Shown: piece by piece, positions 54,501-64,000 of the stretch
Layout: each line of letters begins with the position of its first letter
Numbering within the stretch: the first letter of the stretch is position 1
Source: Spirochaetia bacterium
GTDB lineage: Bacteria > Spirochaetota > Spirochaetia > WTKD01 > G963693115
Direction: 5' to 3'
Assembly: GCA_965226055.1 (NCBI GenBank)
Contig: CBDDCA010000003.1
Span: forward strand, 1 to 64,000
DNA: 64,000 nucleotides
Program-made: the position numbers and the translations under genes
The notes under the pieces: model-generated
What the model was told of the DNA's origin: nothing
The model's database searches: none
The model's input: the letters and a program-made list of their open reading frames with translations, nothing else

Positions 54501-57500
54501 AAGTAACTACCGTTGCACAGAATCATGCAACAGCACCAGCAGACGCAAGCAATGTGAGAGGAATCCCAGACGATGACAGTATAGCGGTATCATGGCAAGC
54601 CCCAACGCTTACCGATAGCCACAAGAAACCAGACGGAACACAACTAACACAGGCAGATGTATACTACAAAGTATATCGTGCAGTAAAAGGAGCAAAGAGC
54701 CGAACAATAGCAGAGATTAAAACAGCAGATAAGACTCCGATAGCAGTAGCAAAAGGAATAACAAGTACAACTATAACTAATCTTACAGGAAGTACTACCT
54801 ATGAAGTAGTGGTACAAGCAGTCAATTTCATCGATACTACAAAAGCCTCTACAGGCATACGAATAGAAGTAGTCACCACTAACCCCGCCACTGCACCAGC
54901 GGACGCAAGCAATGTGAGAGGAAGCTCTACCGATACAAGTGCAAGAATAACATGGCAAGCCCCAGCACTTGATACTAGCCACAAAAAAGCAAACGGACAA
55001 AGCCTCACCACAGCAGATGTATCGTACAAAGTGTATCGGGTAGCAAAAGGAAAGAATGCTCGAACTATAGCAGCGATTAAAACAGCAGATAAGAACCCGA
55101 TAGCAGTAGCAAAAGGAAAAACAAACACAAGTATAACTAATCTTACCCCTATTACCACCTATGAAATAGTAGTGCAGGCAGTTAATACAACAGATATAAC
55201 AAAAGCCTCTACAGGAGTGAGAATAGAAGTGACTACCAAGAACTCAGCAACCGCACCGTCAGAGGCAAGCAGTATTACAGGAAGCCTAAACGATGATGGG
55301 AGTGTAACGGTATCATGGACAGCCCCCACGCTTACAAGCAGTCACAAGAAAGCAAACGGACAAGCACTCACAAAAGCAGATGTATCGTACAAAGTGTATC
55401 GTGTAGAAAGGGGGGGGCGATTCAGAACAGTAGCAGCGATTAAAGCAGCAGATCCGAACCCGCTAGCAGTAGGAAAAGGAACAACAAGTATAAATATAAC
55501 TAATCTTAAGTCTAATGCTACCTATGAAGTAGTAGTGCAAGCAATCAATTCCACCGATACCACAAAAGTCTCTACAGGAGTCAAAGAATTTGTATTTGTC
55601 ACTAATCGTGCCACCGCACCGCCAGACATATCTAGTGTGGTGACAGGTAAAACTGATAACAGCATAACACTAAACTGGTCAATTTTGCCTAGAGATAGTC
55701 ATCAAAAGAGAAACGGACAAAGACTCACAGCGTCAGATATATCTTATAAAGTATATCGTGTAGTAAAGGGAGCAAAGAGCCGAACAATAGCAGCGATTAA
55801 AGCAGCAGATAGGACCCCGCTAGCAGTAGCAAAGGGAACAACAAGTATAAATATAACTAATCTTAATGAAAATACCACCTATGAAATAGTAGTACAAGCA
55901 GTCAATTCCACTGATACCACAAAAGTCTCTACAGGAGAAAAAGTAGAACTAACTACCACTAATAATGCCACTGCACCGCCAGATGCTCGTAGTGTTACAG
56001 GAAGCCCAATCGATGACAGTATAACGGTATCATGGACAGCTCCAGATCTTACAAGCAGTCACAAAAAAACAGACGGACAAGCACTCACAGCGGCAGATGT
56101 ATTGTATAAAGTATATCATATAGCAAAAGGAAAGGATGCCCGAACAATAGCAGAGATTAAAGCAGCAGATAAGAACCCGCTAGCAGTAGCAAAAGGAACA
56201 ACAAGCACAACTATAACTAATCTTACTGGAAGTACTACCTATGAAATAGTAGTACAAGCAGTCAATTCCACCGCTATTGCAAAAGTCTCTACAGGAGTAA
56301 GAATAGAAGTAACTACCACTAACTTAGCAACCGCACCAGCAGACGTCCGCGATGTTACCGCAGAAAGTCTTATTGATACCAGTGCAACTATATCATGGAA
56401 AGATCCTGTTCTTACTAATAGTCACAAGAAATCAGACGGACAAACACTCACAACGGCAGATGTATCGTATAAAGTGTATCGTGTGGTAAAGGGAGGCAGT
56501 GCCCGAACAATAGCAGCGATTAAAGCAGCAGATAATAACCCGCTAGCAGTAGCAAAGGGAATAACAAATACAAATATAACTAATCTTACCCATAATACTA
56601 CCTATGAAGTAGTAGTACAAGCAGTCAATTCCACCGCTATTGCAAAAGTCTCTACAGGAGTAAGAGTAGAAGTAACTACCACTAATAATGCCACCGCACC
56701 GCCAGATGCTCGCAGTGTTACAGTAGTAAGATCAACTGATGACAGTGTAGAGATATCATGGCAAGCCCCAAATCTTACTGCTAGTCACAAGAAAACAAAC
56801 GGGCAAAGGCTTACAGAGGCAGATGTATCGTACAAAGTATATCGTGTAACAAAGGGAAAGAATGCCCGATCAATAGCAGCGATTAAAACAGCAGATAATA
56901 ACCCGATAGCAGTAGCAAAGGGAACAACAAGTACAACTATAACTAATCTTACATTTAGTACCACCTATGAAATAGTAGTACAGGCAGTCAATGCAACATA
57001 TACCACAAAAGTCTCTACAGGAATAAAAACAGAAGTAACTACTGTGTCCTATGCAACCGAACCAGCAGATGCCCGCAATGTTACCGCAGCAAGTATTACC
57101 AATAAAGCTGTAAAGGTATCATGGCAAGTCCCAGATATTACCGATAGTCACAAGAAACCAGACGGAACACAACTAACACAGGCAGATGTATCGTATAAGG
57201 TATATCATGTAGCAAAAAAGGGAACAAAGAAACGAACAGTAGCAGAGATTATAGCAGCAGATACTAGCCCGATAGAAGAAGCAGCAGTAGCAAAAGGAAC
57301 GACAAGCACAAATGTAGATATAACTAATCTTACATTTAATACCACCTATGAAATAGTAGTACAAGCAATCAATACAACAGATACTACAAAAGTTTCTACA
57401 GGGGTAAGAGTAGAAGTAATTGCTAACCCAGCAACAGCTCCCCCAGAGGTAAATAATATTGTAAAAGACCCTACAGATATCAATATAGAACTAGAGTGGA

Positions 57501-58099
57501 CAGCTCCCACGCTTACAAGCAGTCACAAAAAAACAGACGGACAAGCATTAACAAAGGCAGATCTATCCTACAAAATTTACGCTTTAGAAAAAGGAGCAAG
57601 AAGCCGATCAATAGCAGCAATTAAAGCAACAGGTTTTATTCACGAATTACTAAAAGGATTAACAGTTGCAAATATATCTTTACTTCTTAGTGCTGATAAA
57701 GACGTACCCTTGAAGCCTAACACTACCTATGAAATAGTAATACAGGCAGTCAATTCCACCGATCCCACAAAAGTCTCTACAGGCAAACGAATAGAAGTAA
57801 CTACTCTTAGTTCTCTTAATTTAGTTATGAAGAGAGGCAATACTATAGTAACAAACTTACACATAAAGGTAGATTCTGTTGGTGTTAATATTCGTTCAGT
57901 AGTAACACCGAGTGTAAGTGGTATATTTTTTATTACTCCTGATTTAACGCAAAATACTGGAATTTTATTTAATACTAATACTGGCGTACTATCGGGGAAA
58001 GCAAAAAAACTTGCATCAAAGAAAACATATACAATAGTCTTTACTGCATCAGATGGACGATTAGCACGTACTTCTTTTAGTGTTAGTACATTTAGGTAG
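51503..58099 (+). CDS. Giant surface lipoprotein: 17 fibronectin type III repeats plus a C-terminal Ig-like domain (2198 aa)
   Basis: Lipobox LISAC; ~121-aa FN3 units; C-terminal TGILFNTNTGVLSG...YTIVFTASDG. Confidence 0.92.
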   Translation: MKINHIYFIVFSVFIILISACEADISTSSSSGGSTLSSATAPLEVSNVTGNPTDRSIILKWQAPTLTSSHKKADGTQLTKADVSHKVFIVEKGSQSRTVENIIALDKSPIEVKKGIVTVNINDRKPNTTYEIVVQAVNSTDTTKVSKGMRVEVTTLTTDHATAPPEASDVTGSPIDTSARITWQAPNLTDSHKKADGTALTTADVSYKVYRVAKGSDERTVAEIKTADKTPLEVAKGTTSINITNLNKNTAYEVVVQSVNSTDTTKVSTGVRIEVTTLAQNHATAPADASSVAGSPDNDSVAVSWQAPNLTDSHKKADGTQLTTADVSYKVYRVAKGSDERTVAEIKTADTTPIEVAKGTTSTTINNLIGSTTYEIVVQAVNSTDSTKASTGIRIEVATTNPATAPADARSVAGSPADTSARITWQAPALTGSHKKANGQRLTEADVSYKVYRVVKGNGVRTVAAIKTADNNPLAVAKGTTSTNITSLTPATTYEIVVQAVNSTDTTKVSTGKRIEVTTLANNHATAPADASSVVGSPADDSVGVSWQAPAFTSSHKKADGTQLTKADVYYKVYRVVKGAKSRTIAEIKEADKTPMEVAKGTTSTTITNLTGSTTYEIVVQAVNSTDSTKASTGIRIEVATTNPATAPADARSVTAGSTTASSTTLSWTDPTLTTSHKKANGQRLTTADVSYKVYRVAKGRNARTIAEIKTADGTPLAVAKGTKSTTITNLTGSTTYEIVVQAINSTDTTKVSTGVRIEVTTTNPATAPADASSVAGNPTDDSVAVSWTAPALTSSHKKADGTKLTKADVSYKVYRVAKNGANTRSIAQIITADKTPLEVVKGTTSATITNLTPSTTYEIVVQAINSTDTTKTSTGVRIEVTTDNLATAPAEASSVTGSPTDTSARITWQAPTLTTSHKKADGQRLTTADVSYKVYRVAKGSDARTIAEIKTADKNPLAVARGTTSTTITSLTPNTTYEIVVQAVNFTDTTKVSTGKRIEVTTVAQNHATAPADASNVRGIPDDDSIAVSWQAPTLTDSHKKPDGTQLTQADVYYKVYRAVKGAKSRTIAEIKTADKTPIAVAKGITSTTITNLTGSTTYEVVVQAVNFIDTTKASTGIRIEVVTTNPATAPADASNVRGSSTDTSARITWQAPALDTSHKKANGQSLTTADVSYKVYRVAKGKNARTIAAIKTADKNPIAVAKGKTNTSITNLTPITTYEIVVQAVNTTDITKASTGVRIEVTTKNSATAPSEASSITGSLNDDGSVTVSWTAPTLTSSHKKANGQALTKADVSYKVYRVERGGRFRTVAAIKAADPNPLAVGKGTTSINITNLKSNATYEVVVQAINSTDTTKVSTGVKEFVFVTNRATAPPDISSVVTGKTDNSITLNWSILPRDSHQKRNGQRLTASDISYKVYRVVKGAKSRTIAAIKAADRTPLAVAKGTTSINITNLNENTTYEIVVQAVNSTDTTKVSTGEKVELTTTNNATAPPDARSVTGSPIDDSITVSWTAPDLTSSHKKTDGQALTAADVLYKVYHIAKGKDARTIAEIKAADKNPLAVAKGTTSTTITNLTGSTTYEIVVQAVNSTAIAKVSTGVRIEVTTTNLATAPADVRDVTAESLIDTSATISWKDPVLTNSHKKSDGQTLTTADVSYKVYRVVKGGSARTIAAIKAADNNPLAVAKGITNTNITNLTHNTTYEVVVQAVNSTAIAKVSTGVRVEVTTTNNATAPPDARSVTVVRSTDDSVEISWQAPNLTASHKKTNGQRLTEADVSYKVYRVTKGKNARSIAAIKTADNNPIAVAKGTTSTTITNLTFSTTYEIVVQAVNATYTTKVSTGIKTEVTTVSYATEPADARNVTAASITNKAVKVSWQVPDITDSHKKPDGTQLTQADVSYKVYHVAKKGTKKRTVAEIIAADTSPIEEAAVAKGTTSTNVDITNLTFNTTYEIVVQAINTTDTTKVSTGVRVEVIANPATAPPEVNNIVKDPTDINIELEWTAPTLTSSHKKTDGQALTKADLSYKIYALEKGARSRSIAAIKATGFIHELLKGLTVANISLLLSADKDVPLKPNTTYEIVIQAVNSTDPTKVSTGKRIEVTTLSSLNLVMKRGNTIVTNLHIKVDSVGVNIRSVVTPSVSGIFFITPDLTQNTGILFNTNTGVLSGKAKKLASKKTYTIVFTASDGRLARTSFSVSTFR

Positions 58100-58147
58100 T
58101 ATTTTACTATATTGATATGATTACATATATGGTACTTTAGTATTACC

Positions 58148-58186
58148 TTTAGTAGACACAGCATTATTTATGCTGTGTCTACTAAA
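58148..58186. terminator. Second copy of the 17-bp stem hairpin
   Basis: Identical to 49004-49042; part of a ~220-bp duplicated downstream module. Confidence 0.7.
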
Positions 58187-58404
58187 TTACCGAAAGCAAA
58201 AGAGCTAACTTTTACAAAATCGGTAAGTATTTATTGTAGGTACATATAAAATAACTCCTACTAAGCATATTTGAGAAAGGAGTTTTGCTATCTCGTGTAT
58301 ACCTTTGTTAAAAGTACAAAAATAAAAAGGAGAGTTATATATTGTGTAAGTCTATGATATACTATGTATAGTATTATTGAAAAAATAAGGAGTGAGAAAC
58401 AGGT

Positions 58405-59133
58405 ATGTCAGGACATAGTAAATGGTCAACTATTAAAAGAAAAAAAGGTGCAAATGATGCTGCAAGAGGAAAAGTATTTAGTAAGATTTCTAAAGAAATT
58501 ATGGTAGCAGTAAGAGAAGCAGGAGCAGATCCCAATACTAATCATCGTCTTCGTTCGGCAATTATAAAAGCAAGATCAGAAAATATGCCTAACGATAATG
58601 TTGAGCGAGCAATAAAAAAAGGGAGTGGAGGGCAAGATGGCACTCATTTTGAAGAAGTACAATATGAAGGGTATGGACCTGGCGGAGTTGCCATGCTTGT
58701 GTCTTGCTTGACAGATAATAAAAATAGAACTGGTTCTGAAGTACGTTCTACTTTTACAAAATCGGGAGGTAATCTTGGAGAAGCAGGCTCTGTTTCTTAT
58801 TTATTTTCTCGTAAAGGTATTATCATAGTTGATGCAAATATAGTTGATGAAGATACAATATTTTCTTTAGCACTGGAACACGGTGCTGAAGATGTATTTA
58901 ATAACAATACAGAAATAGAAATTCTTACTCCACCAGAAAATTTTAATGCAGTAGTAGAGGCTTTGCGTACTATAGATATAGCACCTATGAATGCTGAAAT
59001 TACACTGTTGCCATCAAATTATATTTCTCAATCAAATGAGATTCAAGAGAAAGCATTAAAACTTGTTGGTATATTAGAAGATTTAGACGATGTTCAAATG
59101 GTATCGCATAATTTAGAGATACAAGATAGTTAA
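58405..59133 (+). CDS. yebC: YebC/PmpR family protein
   Basis: MSGHSKWSTIKRKKG, YEGYGPGG, LTDNKNRT, LEDLDDVQ. Confidence 0.98.
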   Translation: MSGHSKWSTIKRKKGANDAARGKVFSKISKEIMVAVREAGADPNTNHRLRSAIIKARSENMPNDNVERAIKKGSGGQDGTHFEEVQYEGYGPGGVAMLVSCLTDNKNRTGSEVRSTFTKSGGNLGEAGSVSYLFSRKGIIIVDANIVDEDTIFSLALEHGAEDVFNNNTEIEILTPPENFNAVVEALRTIDIAPMNAEITLLPSNYISQSNEIQEKALKLVGILEDLDDVQMVSHNLEIQDS

Positions 59134-59156
59134 TCAATGCTTGTAAGTAGGTTTTT

Positions 59157-59687
59157 TTGAAAACAGTTATCGGTATAGATCCAGGATTAGCATCATTAGG
59201 ATGGGGAATTATACAATATAGCGATGTTTCGCATGCTTCTTCGTTTGAATATATTGCACATGGGGTTATAGAAACTTCTTCTGATAGAGAGCTTCATCAT
59301 AGGCTATATACATTGGATGTTGAGTTTGATAGAGTGATGAGACGCTATCAAGTGCAGGAGCTTGCATATGAGTATCAATTTTTTGTAAAAAATGTTACCA
59401 GTGCATTACCAGTTGCCCATGCACTTGGCATCATTTTATTATATGGAGCAAAGCATAATATATCAGTAACTCATTATACTCCAAAAGATGTAAAAAAGCA
59501 AATTACAGGAAATGCGAATGCTTCTAAAGATACCGTAAACACTTATGTACGATTACCGTTGCGAGTACATAACATTACTCCTCATCATGCTGCTGATGCT
59601 CTTGCGGTGGCATTAACCCATATCTTTCGAACGCACAGTAATAATACGCTTAAAAAGGTAGTTCCTGCCTCTCATACAGGCAAATAG
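59157..59687 (+). CDS. ruvC: Holliday junction resolvase RuvC
   Basis: IGIDPG..GWG, YTPKDVKKQITGNANASK, HAADALAVA. Confidence 0.95.
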   Translation: MKTVIGIDPGLASLGWGIIQYSDVSHASSFEYIAHGVIETSSDRELHHRLYTLDVEFDRVMRRYQVQELAYEYQFFVKNVTSALPVAHALGIILLYGAKHNISVTHYTPKDVKKQITGNANASKDTVNTYVRLPLRVHNITPHHAADALAVALTHIFRTHSNNTLKKVVPASHTGK

Positions 59688-59736
59688 AGAAGAAAGCAAA
59701 AAAGAATAGATATATAGTATACAATAAAATAGAGAT

Positions 59737-60366
59737 ATGATACATAGTATTAGGGGAATTATACAATCAGTGACTCAATCGTATGTTATTATAGATATGC
59801 ATGGTCTTTCTTGGTTGATATACGCAACAACAACAACCTTAGAGTTACTAGCTCAAAAGGAATCAGAGGAAGCAAGTGTCTATACATGGCTACAAGTAAC
59901 TGATAGTGCTATGATTCTGTATGGTTTTGCAGATATACGAGAGCGTGATGTATTTCTTGCCTTAATTAGTGTAAATGGTATAGGAGCAAAAGGAGCAATA
60001 AAAATTCTATCAAATGGTCATTTTAGTAGTATTATTACTCACATTAAAGAGAAAGATATACCAATGCTCATGAAAACAGCAAAGGTAAGCCAAAAAAAAG
60101 CCCAAAGCATTCTTCTAAAGCTGGAAGGGATAAGCATTGCGTCTTATAGAGACAGTGAAACCTCTACAGGTAGTGGGGATACAACGCATCAATTACGCGA
60201 GCAAGTCATTGAAGGGCTTATGGAAATGGGGTATACTAGAAAGCAGATTGAAGATGCTTTAAGAAATACTATTGATACGCAAAAAATAGATTTACATTCC
60301 GAAAATCTTTCGGGTATCTTAAAAGCACTTATTGTCTATTTACAAAAAGGAGTGTTTACTCTTTAG
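59737..60366 (+). CDS. ruvA: Holliday junction branch migration protein RuvA
   Basis: LYGF...ER..F..LISVNGIGAK; LMEMGY. Confidence 0.95.
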   Translation: MIHSIRGIIQSVTQSYVIIDMHGLSWLIYATTTTLELLAQKESEEASVYTWLQVTDSAMILYGFADIRERDVFLALISVNGIGAKGAIKILSNGHFSSIITHIKEKDIPMLMKTAKVSQKKAQSILLKLEGISIASYRDSETSTGSGDTTHQLREQVIEGLMEMGYTRKQIEDALRNTIDTQKIDLHSENLSGILKALIVYLQKGVFTL

Positions 60367-60370
60367 TTTT

Positions 60371-61393
60371 ATGCACAACAGTTTTTGGAACACAGAAGAA
60401 AAAAAAATACAGGATACTCTTGATACAGAGCTACGACCACTCAATTTTGATGGCTTTGTAGGGCAAACACAGGTAAAGAAAAATCTTGCTCTATATATAA
60501 AAGCAGTAAAAGAGCGTAATGAAGTACTTGATCATGTGTTTCTCAGTGGGCCTCCTGGATTAGGAAAAACTACTATTGCAAATATACTTTCAAGCGAATT
60601 ACAAGTGCCTTTATTTGTTACAAATGCTCCTGCCATTGAAAAACCAAAGGATCTTATTGGTATTTTATCGACTTTATCAGAAGGTTCAGTACTGTTTATT
60701 GATGAAATACATCGTCTAAAATCTAATATTGAAGAAGTGTTATATGTTGCTATGGAAGAGTTTAAGGTAGATTGGATTATTGGTTCTGGGGTTGATGCAC
60801 GTTCAGTTCGTATTCCCTTAAATAAATTTACCTTAGTGGGAGCTACAACACAGCCAGGAAAAGTAGCGTTGCCTTTACATAGTCGTTTTGGTATTTCTGA
60901 GCGTTTACAGTATTATTCTCCTTTAGATCTTTCAGAAATCATTTCTCGTTCTTCTCGTATTTTAAATATGCCTATTGAAAAAGAAGCTGCTGATTATTTA
61001 GGTAGAATAGGGCGTGGGACTCCCCGTTGGGCAAATAAACTGTTAAGGAGAATGAGGGATTTTGCACAAGTAAAAGGAAATGGCGTAATAGATACAACAG
61101 TAGTAGAAACGGGGTGTCAGGAGCTAGGTATTGATGAATTTGGACTAGAAGAGATTGATAGAAAAATTATTAAGGTATTGGTACAAGAATATGCAGGAAA
61201 GCCTGTGGGATTAAAAACACTTGCGTTATCAGTAAACGAAACTCCAGAAAGTCTGGAAGATTACTGGGAACAATACTTAGTGATACAGGGCTATGTTAAA
61301 CGTACCGCACAAGGAAGACAAGCAACGCAAAAAGCAATAGATTTTTTACAAAAAATAGATACATCTCTCAATACAACACAGTTTCTATTGTAA
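60371..61393 (+). CDS. ruvB: Holliday junction helicase RuvB
   Basis: LRP..F..FVGQ, GPPGLGKTT, LFIDEIHRL, FTLVGATT, GRGTPR. Confidence 0.98.
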   Translation: MHNSFWNTEEKKIQDTLDTELRPLNFDGFVGQTQVKKNLALYIKAVKERNEVLDHVFLSGPPGLGKTTIANILSSELQVPLFVTNAPAIEKPKDLIGILSTLSEGSVLFIDEIHRLKSNIEEVLYVAMEEFKVDWIIGSGVDARSVRIPLNKFTLVGATTQPGKVALPLHSRFGISERLQYYSPLDLSEIISRSSRILNMPIEKEAADYLGRIGRGTPRWANKLLRRMRDFAQVKGNGVIDTTVVETGCQELGIDEFGLEEIDRKIIKVLVQEYAGKPVGLKTLALSVNETPESLEDYWEQYLVIQGYVKRTAQGRQATQKAIDFLQKIDTSLNTTQFLL

Positions 61394-61443
61394 TATCCCT
61401 GTGTCTTCATACCAGTATATAGTACCATCTACAATATTGTCTA

Positions 61444-62082
61444 TTAGTATGTAGATTCATCCATTGCTTCAAATTCTGCGATAGCATTTTCTGCTTTTTG
61501 TAGTTCACGTTGTATAATGGCATGATAATCTAAAGTATTTAATTTTATTCTAATATACTCATCTTCCCAGTACTGAATGGCTTCTAAGCTAAGAAATAAC
61601 TCGTTCATATTATCAATTTGTTCTACATACTGTAAAGATTCTTGCCAATATACATTTGCATATTCAAATAAAGCTATGGCTTTTTTTAAGCTAGCTATAT
61701 TTTCTTCTTTCCATGGAGCATTATAAAAATATACTTTTTCTCTTCCATATTTTTTGCCCCAGCTTAAATATAACTTGGTAAGCAACAGGTTTACATGTAA
61801 ATTAAAGTGGTTTCGATACCATTCCCATTCTTTTTTTGTGTTTATTCTTGCGAGAGCATTGAGTGGGTTTGCAAAATCAGAACGTAATACTTGTTCTAGC
61901 CAATGGATATTTTCTGCGAATTGTTCAGGATACATAGTAAGATGTCTGTGATAGAGCTCATATAACTGTTCTTTATATCGTAATCGATATCCAGGCCAAC
62001 TAAAGACAGTATAGGTAGCAGAGAACAGCAAAATGCACATAAATACTGGATACAAGAAATATTTTTTCATACTATAATACAT
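61444..62082 (-). CDS. Exported hypothetical protein
   Basis: 212-aa ORF with signal peptide; helical. Confidence 0.65.
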   Translation of the reverse strand: MYYSMKKYFLYPVFMCILLFSATYTVFSWPGYRLRYKEQLYELYHRHLTMYPEQFAENIHWLEQVLRSDFANPLNALARINTKKEWEWYRNHFNLHVNLLLTKLYLSWGKKYGREKVYFYNAPWKEENIASLKKAIALFEYANVYWQESLQYVEQIDNMNELFLSLEAIQYWEDEYIRIKLNTLDYHAIIQRELQKAENAIAEFEAMDESTY

Positions 62083-62233
62083 GAGTATGGCATCTTTACA
62101 ATAAAAAGATACTATTATTATAAGTTCGGATACTCATACATAGAATAAAGCAAAAAAAGAGGTATTGCTCTATACCTAATTCCCAGAATCTAACTCACAG
62201 AAGGAGAAAGTGCAGTAAAAAGGTCGTCTCCCT

Positions 62234-62893
62234 CTATATTCCTAAATGTTTCTCTAAATAATTCATACACTGTTCAGTGAGTTCTTTAATTGGTTTATTT
62301 GCATCTAAATTACAGTGTTGTACATTACTCTGCTGTAATAATTGGTGTATAACGGTATGATATCGCTGATGCACTTTTTGTAAGGTAGTGATATTTTCAA
62401 CAGTAGTATGTATTTCTTGTTGTGTGCTATGTTTTCTGTGTTCTAAACGTTTCATTGATTCTTCTGGAGTAATATCAAGAAAGAATAGTATAGATGGTAA
62501 GGGAAAATCTTGGTTTAATTGCTCAACAAGTTTTTGTGTTTCTTCAGATACTCCCTGATATACATACGATGAAAACAAATATCTATCACACAATACTATA
62601 CTATTATTGTCTAGATGGGTATAAATACCATTCTCTCCATACAAATGTTCATGTCTATCAGCTGCAAATAGGTAAGTATAAGAGTTGCTGTGGATAGGAC
62701 GATTGCTATCATTTTTAGATAGCATATCATGGATAAACATGCCTATGGGCCCCGCACTTGGTTCATGAGTCTTAAATGCTGTATGATCTTTATTACTTAA
62801 AGACTGATGCACAGAATGAATCAAAGAGCTTTTTCCTGCTCCATCAATTCCTTCAAAAACAATGAATTTTTTTTCTATTTTTCCGTTAAACAT
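62234..62893 (-). CDS. tmk: Thymidylate kinase
   Basis: FIVFEGIDGAGKS, EPS, LFAADR, LCDRYLFSSYVYQG. Confidence 0.96.
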   Translation of the reverse strand: MFNGKIEKKFIVFEGIDGAGKSSLIHSVHQSLSNKDHTAFKTHEPSAGPIGMFIHDMLSKNDSNRPIHSNSYTYLFAADRHEHLYGENGIYTHLDNNSIVLCDRYLFSSYVYQGVSEETQKLVEQLNQDFPLPSILFFLDITPEESMKRLEHRKHSTQQEIHTTVENITTLQKVHQRYHTVIHQLLQQSNVQHCNLDANKPIKELTEQCMNYLEKHLGI

Positions 62894-63006
62894 ATAAGTA
62901 GCTGTTATATAATGTATTATTTCTTATAATAATTATACTTCATTTTATATTATTTATCGTCATATAATGTATAATATAGAGTATAATAGGTTACTTATAG
63001 AAAATT

Positions 63007-64000
63007 ATGAGATTATTTCATCCACATTATCACACACTAGGCAAGACTCACAATAAAATTATCCCTCTTTTTATGTCACTTATTATATTAGTAGGCCTTG
63101 TATTGTGTTTGATTGTATTTAATATTACTTTGTTTTTTGTTAAAAATACAGTAAAAAATATTGAAAATACATTTGATATTACATTACAGTGGGATAAAAT
63201 ACTGTTTACTCCCGATGCATCGGTACATATATACGATCTTAGTGTTATTACAGAAAATTATGGATCAGAGCCTTTTTCTGCAGAACATATACAAATTCAG
63301 CTTAATGTAGCAACAATCATGAAAGTGATATTTAGTGCCTTTGATGATATTCCTATGCATCAGAGGCTAGATGTAGATAATAAATCGTTAGATTTTATTC
63401 TTATAAAATCAATACAACATATACAAGTTGATGATACAAAAGTAAACATAGCAATTCAGGAAGATATTACTACTATCAATAACATTATAGACAGTATGTT
63501 TAGTGGGCGCTTTTATCCAAAAAATGCTTCCTTATATATAAATAATTCATCGCTTCTTTATAAGTTCAATAATGGAAAAACAGAATTAGCTTCAGATCAA
63601 ATACATGTAAGATTGAATGAAGATACAGGAATAACAGTAGATAATTATCTTATAAGAGCTCAATTACACTTTCTTGCAAATCAATATAAAACAATTATAA
63701 GTGGAAACTCTTATATGTATGATGTAGAGAAAGTGTTATTCAAGCACACATTTCAAACCTCTGATATTCAGCTTAATCGTTATCTTACACTTATGCCTTT
63801 AGGTATTGTTGTTGATACTTTTTCTCAAGGAATCTCTGTGGGAGTGCATCAAAAAGATACGCTTCTTTTTAATGTAAGCAGTTCTATTGAAAATACGCTC
63901 ATGCAAATATCTTCCTCTATATCCTCAGTATCACTAAAGGATATCGTTCGTTTTCGTGTGCCTTCTCAATTTGATACTTTACTAAACACTACATTAAATG
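63007..64000 (+). CDS. 5' part of a large membrane-anchored protein, possibly TamB/AsmA-like (runs off the window; not in the ORF track)
   Basis: ATG 63007, MRLFHPHYHTLGKTHNKIIPLFMSLIILVGLVLCLIVF..., frame appears open to the window end; tmk neighbours tamB-bamA in Borrelia as I recall. Confidence 0.55.
   Translation, partial: MRLFHPHYHTLGKTHNKIIPLFMSLIILVGLVLCLIVFNITLFFVKNTVKNIENTFDITLQWDKILFTPDASVHIYDLSVITENYGSEPFSAEHIQIQLNVATIMKVIFSAFDDIPMHQRLDVDNKSLDFILIKSIQHIQVDDTKVNIAIQEDITTINNIIDSMFSGRFYPKNASLYINNSSLLYKFNNGKTELASDQIHVRLNEDTGITVDNYLIRAQLHFLANQYKTIISGNSYMYDVEKVLFKHTFQTSDIQLNRYLTLMPLGIVVDTFSQGISVGVHQKDTLLFNVSSSIENTLMQISSSISSVSLKDIVRFRVPSQFDTLLNTTLN

Noticed and set aside
41937-58099. Diversity-generating retroelement or invertase-driven shufflon behind the adhesin variation
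   Set aside because: No reverse transcriptase or recombinase in the window, all copies are co-oriented, and no adenine-specific TR/VR pair was noticed
42194-58164. Many minus-strand ORFs within the FN3 genes
   Set aside because: Antisense shadows of the repetitive + strand coding sequence
1-64000. tRNA, rRNA or transposase genes
   Set aside because: None recognised by eye; tRNAscan-SE, Infernal and an IS search would be needed to exclude them

Overview
AT-rich bacterial chromosome segment, most likely from a spirochaete. This is inferred from gene order recalled from Borrelia/Treponema (gap-pgk-tpiA-secG, surA-nusB, map-htrA, yebC-ruvCAB, tmk next to a tamB-like gene) and from many lipoproteins. 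The standout feature is at the left end: a CRISPR array cut by the window edge (31 intact 36-bp repeats plus a degenerate one, 28-30-bp spacers), followed by a 1018-aa orphan protein with two terminal HEPN RxxxxH motifs. It reads as a highly divergent Cas13b-like (type VI, RNA-targeting) effector, with no cas1/cas2/csx27/csx28 visible in the window. Its coding sequence contains an in-frame 36-bp repeat / 30-bp spacer / 36-bp repeat unit, the same geometry as the array. The window also holds an orphan hsdS; a defence island (type III R-M with mod split at an A_AAA_AAG site, Fic, truncated RhuM, DUF262-HNH, RloC-like ATPase) punctuated by a palindromic 41-bp repeat element; an unassigned catabolic cluster (HisD paralog, SDR, three SnoaL-like proteins, sugar ABC transporter); and a ~17-kb locus of FN3-repeat surface lipoproteins with poly-T promoters that may be phase-variable. 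All family assignments come from motif recognition by eye; no searches were run.
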